The translations under genes were made by a program, and so were the position numbers. The notes under the pieces were generated by a model. The model searched no databases. It worked only from the letters and a program-made list of their open reading frames with translations, and was not told where the DNA came from. Shown here one piece after another: positions 1 to 19,668 of a DNA stretch of 64,000 nucleotides. Origin of the DNA: Pecten maximus (lineage: Eukaryota); assembly GCF_902652985.1 (NCBI RefSeq), contig NC_047033.1, positions 6,200,001-6,264,000 on the forward strand, written 5' to 3'. Position 1 is the stretch's first letter, and the number at the start of each line of letters is the position of its first letter.

Positions 1-745
1 TCACCATGGTAAACCCATACAGGATACACCACCTCACCAAGGTAAACTTGTACAGGATACACCGCCTCACAAAGGTAAACCCATACAGGATACACCGCCT
101 CACCAAGGTAAACCTGTACAGGATACACCGCCTCACCATGGTAAACCCATACAGGATACACCACCTCACCAAGGTAAACCCATACAGGATACACCACCTC
201 ACCAAGGTAACCCCATACAGGATACACCGCCTCACCATGGTAAACCCATACAGGATACACCGCCTCACCATGGTAAACCAATACAGGATACACCACCTCA
301 CCAAGGTAAACTTGTACAGGATACACCACCTCACCAAGGTAACCCCATACAGGATACACCGCCTCACCATGGTAAACCCATACAGGATACACCGCCTCAC
401 CATGGTAAACCAATACAGGATACACCGCCTCACCATGGTAAACCAATACAGGATACACCGCCTCACCAAGGTAAACCCGTACAGGATACACCACCTCACC
501 AAGGTAAACCCGTACAGGATACACCACCTCACCATGGTAAACTTGTACAGGATACACCACATCACCAAGGTAAACCCATACAGGATACATCACCTCACCA
601 AGGTAATCCCGTACAGGATACACCGCCTCACCAAGGTAAACCCATACAGGATACATCACCTCACCAAGGTAATCCCGTACAGGATACACCGCCTCAACAA
701 GGTAAACTTGTACAGGATACACAATCTCATCACAGTTAACCCATA
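1..745. repeat. 33-bp minisatellite (~22 copies, runs off the window start)
   Basis: Unit TCACCA(T/A)GGTAAACCCATACAGGATACACC(A/G)CC repeated with point variants; explains the repetitive ORF 6..785. Confidence 0.95.
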
Positions 746-881
746 CTCCAAGTATGAAGTTCCAGTCACCAGTGTAGGAAATTAAGACGGATAAATGATT
801 TCTTTGATGGGAGTCAAAGGTTAAAATGTAGGTCAAAGTGCATCAGTGCCCTTTGTACGAAGTTCCAGTGTATAGGATAGG

Positions 882-1245
882 TATGGTGGCATATTTCTGC
901 CATCGAGTTGCCGACTTATGACTTAAATATGTCGACATCATAAAAAATATGCCGATATAAAATGAAAAATATGTCAACTTAATAGTTTACTTACCGAGAT
1001 AATATTGCTGTGATAATTATCTAGGAAGTCGACGGCAGAAATATGCCACTGTGCGATATAAAGCTGAGTTTCCAACTTCCTAGATAATTATCATGGCGTT
1101 ATTATCTTGGCAATTAAGCTTATAAGTCGACATATTTTTCGGTTTATGTCGACATATTTCTTTATGTTGTTGACATCTTCTTGGAAATATGTCGACATTT
1201 TTAAGTCGCAAGTCGGCAACTCGATAGCAGAAATATGCCACCATA
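882..1245. mobile_element. Non-autonomous TIR element (IS3EU-like MITE)
   Basis: Termini TATGGTGGCATATTTCTGC...GCAGAAATATGCCACCATA, long imperfect inverted arms, 6-bp direct repeat GATAGG at 876-881 and 1246-1251. TAYGG termini with a 6-bp TSD match my recollection of IS3EU. Confidence 0.75.
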
Positions 1246-1614
1246 GATAGGAGATAGAGCCCACACAAACTTCTTCTTTGATAGGTCAAAGGTGAAATAC
1301 GCATCATTAAGGTACATGTAAATTATACACAAACTTTGAAGTTTAATTGATAAATAGTACCAGTTTATAAAGCCGAGACAATTGTTTCTTTCTTCGTATG
1401 TCAAAGGTCAAAATGTAGGTCATAGTGACTCAAAAAGACATTTATATGTTTTCAAAAATAAATTCAAATTGCAGTGATTTCTGAAAGGGTGAAGCTTACA
1501 TTTACTTTCTAAAAAACAGAAAATAAGAAATCACTTTTTACTAATTTGTTACATCATTTCTTGTCTATTTATGCACCAATACAACATCCGAATCGATTAA
1601 AAAGCGCTTTTTCA

Positions 1615-2752
1615 AACAAGAGATCCCAGAGGGATCTTGGCGCCCACCATTGAATGATCTTCATAGGTTCCATGTCAGATTGATCTTTTCTCTTTTTTTC
1701 CCTTCCTCTTACTAATCTGTATAAATTGAGAAACATCCCTCCGGTGCTTTTTAAACAAGGGAAACTTATATATGAAATTTGAGATTTAGCGATAATGGTT
1801 GTCTGTCGACAATGTTTTCAGATTGGTCCAAAAATGCAATACGACGGACCAAGGAGAACCTACATATGAAAATTGAGAAAGATCCCTTCAGTTCTTTCTG
1901 AGAAATATCGATAACAAACTTCAATTGTCAAAATCCAAGATGGTTGCCTGTTGGCCATGTTGTTATCCGATTGGTCCCAAAATGCAATATACATAACAAG
2001 GGACCAAGGGGAATCTACATATGAAATTTGAGAAGGATCGCTTCAGTACTTTCTCAGAAATAGCGATAACAAATTTCAATTGTCAAAATCCAAGATGGCT
2101 TCCTGTCGGCCATGTTGTTTACGAGCGGTCCCAAAATGCAATATACATAACAACAGACCAAGGGGAACCTACATATGAAATTTGAGAAAGATCTCTTCCA
2201 TACTTTCACAGAAATAGCGATAACAAACTTCAATTGTCAAAATCAAAGATGGCTGCCTGTCAGCCATGTTGTTATCCGATTGGTCCCAAAATGCAATATG
2301 CATAACTAGGGACCAAGGGCAACCTACATATGAAATTTGAGAAAGATCCCTTCAGTACTTTCTCAGAAATGGCGATAACAAACTTCAATGGTCAAAATCC
2401 AAGATGGCTGCCTGTCGGCCATGTTGTTTTCCGATCCGTCCCAAAATGCAATATGCATAACTACAGACCAAGGAGAACCTAAATATGAAATTTGAGAAGG
2501 ATCCCTTCAGTACTTTCTCAGAAATAGCGATAACAAACTTCAATTGTCAAAATCCAAGATGGCTGCCTATCGGCCATGTTGTTTTTCGATCGGTCCCAAA
2601 ATGCAATATGCATAATTAGGCACCAAGGGGAACCTACATATGAAATTTGAGAAAGATCCCTTCAGTACTTTCTCAGAAATAGCGATAACAAGAATTGTTT
2701 ACGGACGGAGGGACCACGGACCACGGACGCAAGGCGATTTGAATAGCTAAAA
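1615..2752 (+). mobile_element. HINE/pearl-type element with an internal ~155-bp tandem array (~6 units)
   Basis: Starts AACAAGAG plus a short hairpin; CAATTGTCAAAATCCAAGATGG recurs at 1922, 2077, 2231, 2386, 2541; ends in a GGAC-type microsatellite and ATAGCTAAAAA. Confidence 0.75.
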
Positions 2753-3000
2753 ACACCCGTTACGCTATATTATAACAACCAGAAAAGGGTGTTTTTTGAT
2801 AAGGTGCTTTATAATAGATTCCTATTTTGTATAAATAGACAAGAAATTATGTTGCAAATTAAAATTAGACAATTTTATGATAACTTTAGTTCCTGACCCC
2901 AAGTACTTGTGCTGTGTATATGAAGATTTTGAGACCATTTTTACCTTGGTAGGATATATTGGGAACATTTGAGGCCAAAATACAAGATCATTCTACAGTT

Positions 3001-4222
3001 AACAAGGATGGATAGTATTGCAACAGCAATACAAAGTCCCCTGCCTGACCCAGGAGTGCAACTATTTATTTCCCATTTTTTAAACTACGTGTTATACTGA
3101 TCACGTATACCAAGTTTCGTTAAAATCAGAGTAGTACTTTAGGATTGTCCGGACACGCCTCAACCAATGAGAAGCCGGCGGCCATTTTGAAAAATGTTTT
3201 TTTTTTCGAAAAGAAAAATTGGGATGCACAACTACATGTGATACTGATAATGTATACCAAGTTTCGTTAAAATCGGAGTAGTACTTTAGGAGGAGTTGTC
3301 CGGACAAGTCTCAACCAATGAGAAGTTGGCGGCCATTTTGAAAATTGGTTTTTCGGGAAAAAAATGTAGGATGCACAACTACAAGTTATACTGATAATGT
3401 ATACCAAGTTTCGTTAAAATCGGAGTAGTACTTGAGGATGAGTTGTCCGGACAAGTCTCAACCAATGAGAAGTCGGCGGCCATTTTGAAAATTGGTTTTT
3501 CGAAAAAAAAGATGTGGGATGCACAACTACATGTTATACTGATCATGTATACCAAGTTTCATTAAAATCGGAGTAGTACTTTAGGAGAAGTTGTCCAGAC
3601 AAGCCTCAACCAATGAGAAGCCGGCAGCCATTTTGAAAAATGAATTTTTGAAAAAAAAATGTGGGATACACAACTACATGTTATACTGATCATGTATACC
3701 AAGTTTCGTTAAAATCGGAGTAGTACTTTAGGAGGAGTTGTCAGGACAAGTCTCAACCAATGAGAAGTCGGCGGCCATTTTGAAAATTGGTTTTTCGAAA
3801 AAAAAAAAGTGGGATGCACAACTACATGTTATACTGATCATGTATACCAATTTTCATTAAAATCGGAGTAGTACTTTAGGAGAAGTTGTCCGGACAAGCC
3901 TCAACCAATGAGAAGCCGGCAGCCATTTTGAAAAATGAATTTTTGAAAAAAAAAATGTGGGATACACAACTACATGTTATACTGATCATGTATACGAAGT
4001 TTCGTTAAAATCGGAGTAGTACTTTAGGAGGAGTTGTCAGGACAAGCCTCAACCAATGAGAAGCCGGCAGCCATTTTGAAAATTGGTTTTTCGAAAAAAA
4101 GAATGTGGGATGCACAACTACATGTTATACTGATCATGTATACCAAGTTTCATTAAAATCGGAGTAGTACTTTAGAAGGAGTTGTCCGGACAACTATTGC
4201 GTGACAGACAGACAGACAGACG

Positions 4223-4254
<32 letters not shown>

Positions 4255-4314
4255 GACAGACGGACGGAGGGTAAACCTATAGTCCCCCCGTTTTTCAAAC
4301 GGCAGGGGACTAAT
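3001..4314 (+). mobile_element. HINE/pearl-type (Helentron-related non-autonomous) element with a ~148-bp tandem array (~7.5 units)
   Basis: AACAAG start; subterminal inverted repeat AGTCCCCTGCC (~3035) / GGCAGGGGACT (~4301); AACCAATGAGAAG every ~146-151 bp; (GACA/GACG)n at ~4203-4268; 3' hairpin. Confidence 0.85.
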
Positions 4315-5209
4315 AATGAAGATGGGAGTTTATACATATAAAGGAGAGTTTCAAAGGAACATCAAATCTGTCTTTTTTCATTTGAAAGTCCATGAATTAT
4401 TTGTATCATAGTTCTATCAATTAACAAATTGGAAGTATTAATCAATAGAGTGAAATCACAAGAAATATTTGAGAAAAGCAGAGATTTGTCTAAAATAGGT
4501 GTCAATTTTGCCAGTCTAAACTTTTTTTTGGCTGTTTTCACGTTGGGCTACAAGGAATCTTTCATGCTCAGAAGATGCAAAGTTCCAATATCTGAAGAAT
4601 CATACATTATCAAAATATCAGTAACTATAATTCAAATTTTTACAAATTACTTAATTGGGTATTTATTGTATTGCCATTTTTTAGCATACAGTTATCATCA
4701 CAGTAGTCTCTTTGTTTCATTTTGCTGGAAAGTGAAATATAAAGTATTCAACCTTATAAACACACTGTGTACTTATGTAAAGACAAAAGGATGCACTTAC
4801 TATAACAAAATACCGGAAAAGTTTCCAAGAGAAATCTGGATGTAAAAAAAACCATTTTGTTATTTACATCTCTTTATGAAGGAAAAACATGTCCACAGCC
4901 TTTCGTTAAAAGACTGTATAAAAAGATCCTTGTCATTAGTAGGTAAGGAACTTTTCATATGTTTCAATTAGCACAAACATCCTCTTTCCTGAAAAAGGTG
5001 GGGTTGTACCTATATGGGCAGATGTGCTTATTAGGTCGAATATGGTAGTGAATCACTGAAAAATTGTTTGTTACTGCTTTAATACTGAACAAATGATAAG
5101 TCAGTTTTGAAAAATAAGTGATCCTCAGAAAATTTTGAGCATGTGGTTGCATAGCTTAATGGCTTCCATCTTCTAGTACTCGTCTTTCTTATCTCATCAA
5201 GTCTCTTCT

Positions 5210-8200
5210 CTATTTTTCTTCCTTTTCTTCGTAAAATTCCCGAAGCCAATTCATATCCGTGTCTTCCAGTATATACGGATTAACAGTCTCTTGACTTTTC
5301 TCATCGTACTTAGGCCCAACAGCCCAGAGAGTTTCAAGGTCGTACATCTCTCGTACCTCTTCTTTAAATACGTGTAGGATAATGTTGCCTACAAGGTAAA
5401 AGAAAACATGATAATTCATCAAATTAGAGTCACCCACTGGATGTAAACTTATAGTAAAACTAGAAAATGTCTGTAAGACGTAAATGACCCTGCGGTCATC
5501 TGATACCTGAAACATGTACAATCATGTACAAGCTATCACACTTAGAAGAGATTTTAATATTCCTATGGCGTTTCCCCTCTTTGGTATCACCATCTCTATA
5601 ACATATTGAGACAGCATGGGAGTCAAACTCAATGATGATTATAATGTATCAGGTTATAAAACAGCTGTTTAAGAGTTGATTATTGTAATTATATTAAATA
5701 TCATGAGGTTACCTTCCTATATGTTATGGATATCTGATCAATATCCTAGAAAGACAATGGAACGGTCAGAAAAATATTAAAAAGTTTGATGAAAATCTAT
5801 CAAAGGATGAAGTTGCTAGGGTTTTAAATTGAATCAGGACTGGACAGAACAGTGACTTTGACTCTGAAACACAAAAACTGATAATCAGGTAATGTTGTAA
5901 CTAGGTGTTGAAATTGAACTGCAATGGGACGTGATGAGACAAGATGAACATGGGCAAAGCTACATGTATATTGCCCCCTCCCCCCCCCCCCTTATTTTTG
6001 GCGGGGGCATAAATATAGCCCCCCCCCCCCCCCCCCCCCAATTCTTAAAGATTTCAATATGTATCAGATATAGACAGTGGTAGACACAGGAATAAGAAGT
6101 TAGCAATAGACAAGTGATTTTATACACGGTGTTAGAACTGATAAGAATAGTTAGGTGGTATTTATACACCAGTTGTACATGTACAGTAGACATTCCCTTT
6201 ATACATTCAGTATAGACAGGCAAAGTTTCATTCATGTTTTCTTTTAAAATGATGGCATTTCTTTTTAAATAATTAATACAAGTCCTACTTAATTTTTGTA
6301 AATGCTTTTTAATCTAAAGAAAATTTATCTTCATTTAAATTTCACACACAATATGCCGCATTGCGTAGTACTGGTATGAATGATATAACTAGAGTACATT
6401 CGCTTCCGCTTATTCTTTTGTTAATTGTTTCATGTTGGAGAGTGTTCTTTACCTAGATCAAAGGCAGTCCATTGTCCATCATCTACTCCAGAAACCAAAG
6501 GGTACTTGTCAGATGGGTTTTTCTTTAATTTATACTGAAATACACAGAATGGTAACAGTGAAACATTTGCATTCACTATCTTTAGGAATGATGGTCAAAT
6601 TTCCAAAGATGACTCATGCAAAGCACATAATCACATATATTACTCTATACTATCTCAAGAAAAATTTAACACTACTAACTTCTTATAATGTTTTTATTTA
6701 GATGTTCTAGTCTCTGCAACAGAACTATATCTTTTAACGACAAAAAAAAAGAAAGAAAAAGAAACAACAACAACCAAAGATCTGTTTTTGATTTACTCCG
6801 CTGAAAACTAAAACATTGTTAAATGAAGATGGTGTATGAGTTAGTGTATTTTCAATATCGGTACTAGTATATAATGTGTGTGCACATGATGTTTATGTAT
6901 TGTGAATAATTCATGATGTCCTAGAAACATGTATGCTAGTGTATTGGTTATGTGCAAATTGGTGGCCAGGTAGCTCAAAACGTTTGATTATCTGTCTAGA
7001 GTTTGGAGGTTCTGGGTTTGAGTCCTGGTCTGGTTATTGTATTTTAATTATTCTCTCTACTTCAGCTAGCTTAAGATCTCTAGCTATTTTGTGGTTAACA
7101 CACCAAAACAGTGCCTGTCATAAGTTTCTTGCTGTGTTATATCCTCTAACATTGTAGGATTATTTTCATCTCCTGTTATACATTATATAGATACAAAATG
7201 TGGTGATTCGGAGATATTTCTGAGATAAAAGCTAAAAAAAACAAAGTAGTGCAACTGTTCTATAAGCAGACACTGATACTGATGCTGAATTGTGAAATGA
7301 TCTTTTTGTTTAAGTTAAATACTCATGAAGTTGATACACATGTTGACAAATTGAACAATAATAACAATTAAATAAGTCAGAGAGACAGCATTATAAGGAA
7401 GACTTACAGTTGATATTAAATAAGTCAGAGAGACAGCATTATAAGGAAGACTTACAGTTGATATAACGTTTTTGGTTATGGCTTTCATGTGGCGGTAAGA
7501 CCAGGCAGTTACAATGACAATGTAATCTCCCAGCTTCAGGTGATCCGGCATGCGCAGCACACATACATCTTTGGCATTGTCAGCCTTGAGTAGAACCACT
7601 AGTTCCTCAATGTCAAAGACACCTGTCACTCCCCCTGATTGACAAATAGATTTCGAGAATTTAAGAAGTAATTAAGTATATAATGTAATTAAAAACATAA
7701 GAGCTTTATATATTTCCCCCGAAAAAAAATCTTTGATGTGACAATCAAAACAGGACATGACAGAACTTCCTATCTATACTTAGCCCAAGTTTCAATGTCC
7801 ATATATATCTGTAAACAATGTCCATATGTGTAACTGTATCATACAATTTCTAAGTATCTCCTTTGATCCACGTACATACATCTTGTATATTACAGACAGT
7901 TGGGATCAGGAATTTGTGAAAAGTCCATGTGGAATGTGCTTATAGTGATCATAAGACTATCGTAACAGTAGGTCAATTAACAAACTATTACTATTGTGAT
8001 ACTACATTTTGGTAACTACCGTAAGTTTATATATCACAAATGCCAGTGACAGTTTTCTTTCCTAGAAAAAACGTAAAATTAACTTGTGTTTATAATGGCG
8101 CCATTGCAAAAGTGAAACATTTTGTCACTGGCACATGAGATTTAAAGTGTGTCACACTGCTAAATTAAGAGTGAGGAATCAAAACTGAAAGTGGATGCAG

Positions 8201-9666
8201 GATTATTCCGTTTGTAAATTTCATCAGACCTAGCTATGATTGCCTGAAAGTATCAATTGTAAATACATGTAGCTCCGATGATTACGGGATACGGGACTGT
8301 CAGTTTTAGAAGTATTCTGCCTAATATGTGTACTTTGTACATGTGCTTACAAAAAAGATCAGAAAACAAAAAAATAAAAGAGGTGCGCTGAATAGAACCA
8401 TGCATGTAAAAGGAAAAGTTTCCATGTGAAATCGAGTCAAAAATTGAAATACCAACTTTTTTCCCACTCATTTACATTTATGTAGTTAAACTATTCTAGG
8501 GTCACAGTTATATCAAATAGGTAGCTGCAGAAAATAATCGAAAATTAGTGTAAAAAAATAAGTCATAACGTAAGATCAAACCAAACCAAAAAGTAGTTCA
8601 TCTTATATTTTATCGATATTTTTTTGTCGTTTACAAACGATTAAGAAGATTTAAATTTATTTGCAACCATTAAAAGTTTTGTTTGTTTTAGAATTAAAAA
8701 TATTGACAAAAAAAAAAAAAAAAAAAAGAAGACCAAGACATGTTGTAATTAAGATGTACATCAATTGTAATTTCTATAAGGTGAAACTGCATGATTGCCA
8801 TCATTATATATAATCTTACTTCTAAGGTCAAACTGATTCCCATCACTATATGTAATCTTACTTTTGAGGTCGATTGGAGATTCCCAGTCTGGATGTTTTT
8901 CTGGTTCGAATGTGTCTGGAAACTCTTCTACTTCTTCGAAGTCATCCACAGGATCAAGACTGATGAACCCCCCTATATCTAGGTCAGGTTCTTTTGCAGT
9001 AGCCTGTTTTTCTTGTGAAAGTTTACCACTATGTTCAGTATCCGAGATAAAATCCTCCTCCTCTTCCGAATCTGAAGTCAAATCATCCTCTTCTTCGGAA
9101 CTTGAACTATCACTTGAGGAAGATGAGGAGTCACTATCATAACTACTGTTACTAACATCCTCCTGTCTTTTGTTTTTATCTATGATTTTGTCACTGTTTT
9201 TTTTCATTTTATTTTCTGAACCTGCAACAGGTTGATTTGTCGGACTCCCAGAATATGTAGAAAAATCCTCTCGAATTTCTTTTAGTAGGTCTTTTAAATA
9301 CGGATCATCTTTTAGTATATTGTCATCGTTGTTATCATTAAAACAACATGGGGATGAAGAAAACATCCTAGATTGTGAAGAAGTTGACCTAGAATTGGGT
9401 TGACAATTTATAGATGTGGCCATGGGCCTGACGTTCCAGTTTTGGGAGTTGAGTTTGTGTGTCAAATCACCAGTTTTATTCACACTAGAAATGAAAGATG
9501 TTTTTTTCTTTGTTAATCTACACAAGTGTTTATATCTTTTGACTTGTAGAAGATTGCCATGTCTTGTGTTAAGAAGACGACATTGATATTTGTTTGGTTT
9601 AATATTTCTTAAACTGTATGTGAACATACTAGCACATGTCATTCCAAGGACATGTAATTTATCCAT
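5210..9666 (-). CDS. MALSU1: Mitochondrial assembly of ribosomal large subunit protein 1 (RsfS/Iojap family), ~414 aa
   Basis: Exons 9666-8862, 7634-7456, 6534-6453, 5388-5210 with GT-AG introns and consistent phases (1,0,1). Spliced protein reads RGVTGVFDIEELVVLLKADNAKDVCV...DYIVIVTAWSYRHMKA...QWTAFDLGNIILHVF...REMYDLETLW (RsfS domain) after a basic, presequence-like N-terminus. Upstream acceptor at 9736 implies a 5'UTR exon. Confidence 0.93.
7367..7463 (-). repeat. 48-bp tandem duplication spanning the MALSU1 splice donor
   Basis: TCAACT|GTAAGTCTTCCTTATAATGCTGTCTCTCTGACTTATTTAA occurs twice; donors after 7456 and 7408. Confidence 0.9.
8792..8877 (-). repeat. Diverged 42-bp tandem duplication spanning the MALSU1 splice donor
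   Basis: GACCTCAAAA|GTAAGATTACATATAGTGATGGGAAT versus GACCTTAGAA|GTAAGATTATATATAATGATGGCAAT. Confidence 0.8.
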
Positions 9667-10365
9667 TGTCAATTAAATTAGATTGTTGAAGCTAGGACTG
9701 TTGTGCTCATGGTTTCTTTTGCAAAGAAGTAAAACCTGCAAAAAATTAAGTTACAATGTAAAAATAATATTCTGAAAGGTACATGACGTCCAATTGATCT
9801 AGGATCATATACATGTATGCATGCTTTTGGAATCATATCATAGTCCTCAGACATGTACATTATCAACCTTCCTGTGAAATATGGCCACATATGTCATAAA
9901 TTTAAACAAACCTGATAGTCATGCATTCATTCATCCCAGCATCATACTACAATGACTTACTATAAAGTCTTTATATCTTTGTGTATATGTAAGTATTTTT
10001 TGTTGTCTCACCTTTTTATAATAGAATATATACATTAATGAACGTAAACTTATGAAATAAGTTATATCAACTTTATCAGTCACTTTTGTTGGCCTGGATG
10101 AAAGCTTGTGAGGATATTGTAGGAGAAAAGCACCCGAGTACCCAGAGGGGTCATGGGAAGTAACTGTGTAGTATCTGTTGGTCAGGTTTGATTGGAGAGT
10201 AAAGCCCACCTGTCTAGGTAAATCATAATGCCACCAGATCTAGACTACCCTAAAAGGCTGGATAATGGACTGCAGATGCTGTTATATGATCATAGCCCAT
10301 GTGAGCTGAAAATATTCGTGATCAGCTCTATGCAGCTCAAAATACAATGAAATTAAATACTATAG

Positions 10366-10720
10366 ATGAATACAATACAATACAAGTCTTTATTAATGAA
10401 TTCCGGCCCATATGGGCGGCTGGGGCAATATAGGAAATACAATCACAAAGAGGTAGAGTGGCCAAAAGACCGATGAATGGACAAGCATTTATACTATCAT
10501 AAATTACAAACACAAACACAAAATTGCTTGTAACTTGCTCATGATGTAACCTATGACTTGGAAGTCAGCTAGATTGGCTATTACAAAATCATTACACAGT
10601 GGACAATATAACTTACATGCATGACCATAACAAGCCCGAGCTCCCTCTGTCCTTAACACCAGACTTGGAAATTCTGACAGATACATATACATTTTTTTTA
10701 TATGCATGTACACTGTACAG
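10366..10720 (-). mobile_element. Probable 3' end of a non-LTR retroelement
   Basis: Minus strand AATAAAGAC followed by a (TTGTA)n tail at ~10368-10395; no ORF recognised; left-right limits approximate. Confidence 0.35.
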
Positions 10721-10741
10721 TGCTGATGTCTGCTGTCTACT

Positions 10742-11336
10742 GTGATGGGAATCAGATTTGTGTAGGTTTAGTTAGCTTTATACTAGCGAAATTGGGGAGA
10801 GCCACGGATTTTGTTTACGTATGCTAATGATTTGGCGCTAATTGTAAGTGTGTGCAAACGTCCCCTTTTGGACGTAGTCCATTGGTTGGGAATGCCTGCA
10901 CGTGCATATGGGGAGTTGGGAATATAAAAAGCCGTGAGCGTTCAGGATTTGGTTACTCTGTTTCGGACTTGCAGCAAAAAGGTAGGGGTAAAATTAGAGT
11001 CCTGGTTGATACGGCAATATATAATAGGGTTATGTTATATAGACCTCGGGGCTTTTCTTCCTCCAAGGAAGGAGGTCCCTGGGTCATTAGAACAAATAAA
11101 ATGACTCCCCTCGCCCGTCCAAGGTGCCACAGTGTGTCCCAAAATAAATTCAGTGGAGGATGCGCCTGGTGCGCTGACCACCTCCACCCCAAATCTTAGT
11201 GAGGATGTGCCTAGTGCGCTGGCCACCTCCACCCCAAATAATGTAGAGGATGCGCCTGGTGACATGGTATCAGGGCCAGTGGAAACACGGGCTAGCTATA
11301 TAAAGCTTAACAGTTGCTATAGACAACCCCCCCCCC

Positions 11337-11367
<31 letters not shown>

Positions 11368-11494
11368 CATCGCCACCACACACGCGCGCGTAATCTTATC
11401 AATAGTAAGTGACAACCCTTTTTATCAGTTGTATCTGTCTCGCTACACTGAATCCGTGGACCACACACACTGTCATCCAGTGTTACATTATCAC
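10742..11494 (+). mobile_element. Solo-LTR-like insertion
   Basis: GC-richer ~750-bp block bounded by (T)GTGAT...ATCAC with direct repeat CTACT at 10737-10741 and 11495-11499; TATAAAA at ~10923; AATAAA at ~11095 and ~11143; three ~45-bp internal repeats at 11141-11265. Confidence 0.55.
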
Positions 11495-11629
11495 CTACTG
11501 ACTGACTGACTGATCTTACCTTACAACAACCTTTGAAACGACCCAATCTCTCCTCCTCGTGAGAAGATTTGTCAGTGTCAATTGAACTCAAATTTTTATA
11601 GAGCTGTTTTCTCATTCAAATCAAACGCT

Positions 11630-11756
11630 TACAAGACTCTTCTATCTTACGGTTTTATCGTAATCACATAAATGCTTCTCATTCATACAATTTTATTATG
11701 AACTGAATAAGCGTGAAAATGACGACGATATACCCCCCGACGATACACTGGTAAGT
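11630..11756. promoter_or_regulatory. Candidate bidirectional promoter / first non-coding exons of MALSU1 and TMEM41A
   Basis: Divergent genes, both with acceptors upstream of their ATG (9736 minus; 12241 plus); outward-facing donor consensus at 11632 or 11650 (minus) and CTG|GTAAGT at 11751 (plus); locally CpG-richer. Confidence 0.45.
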
Positions 11757-12355
11757 TGAATGATACAGTGGTATAGCCTATAGGCCTATACAAAGAACTG
11801 TTCCACTGCAACTCTATTGGATGTCGTTAAGTCATAACTCGACCGAAACAGCCGAGAAGCAAAATACGGATATGAAAATAATTGTGAATGTGCAACCTCC
11901 TGCTCCCTGCAAAGTGTTCGCCGCTAGACCTAACGCGTACATTGTACATTGTTATGATTGTACGTTAGGCCAACTGTCAATAACCACACATGGGGATGTA
12001 CATGTAGCCATCCTGTGAATACCTTGTATACATTCTTAAATATTTATCACTACCTCTTGTGTTTACAACATTGTCTCCTGTTGCTATAAGTCTGTACGCT
12101 TTTTGAAAACAAAAAATGTTCATTGGAATCCCCAAGGCTTTTAGATATTAGATTCTATATAGTTCCATAATTATAAGAAACGTTTAGTTTTTACATTAAC
12201 TTGTGAACATTTTTGTTAAATCTTTTTTTTCCTCTTGTCAGATTTGGTGGAGTACTCTTGTATCAGACGAAAGTAGCTGAACATTGATAGAAGATTTTGA
12301 GAAGTTCTAACAGGAAAGAAGAAAAAAGAAACCTAAGAGCATAAATTAAAAAGAA

Positions 12356-19668
<7,313 letters not shown>

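Noticed and set aside
4429-4845. 138-aa plus-strand ORF
   Set aside because: Non-ATG start, no recognisable motif, lies in the AT-rich region downstream of MALSU1.
8864-9142. Ser/Glu-rich plus-strand ORF
   Set aside because: Antisense shadow of the low-complexity MALSU1 exon.
11258-11280. PBS-like TGGTATCAGGGCC after ...GACA
   Set aside because: No gag/pol follows, it lies inside the TSD-bounded block, and the match to a tRNA 3' end is uncertain.
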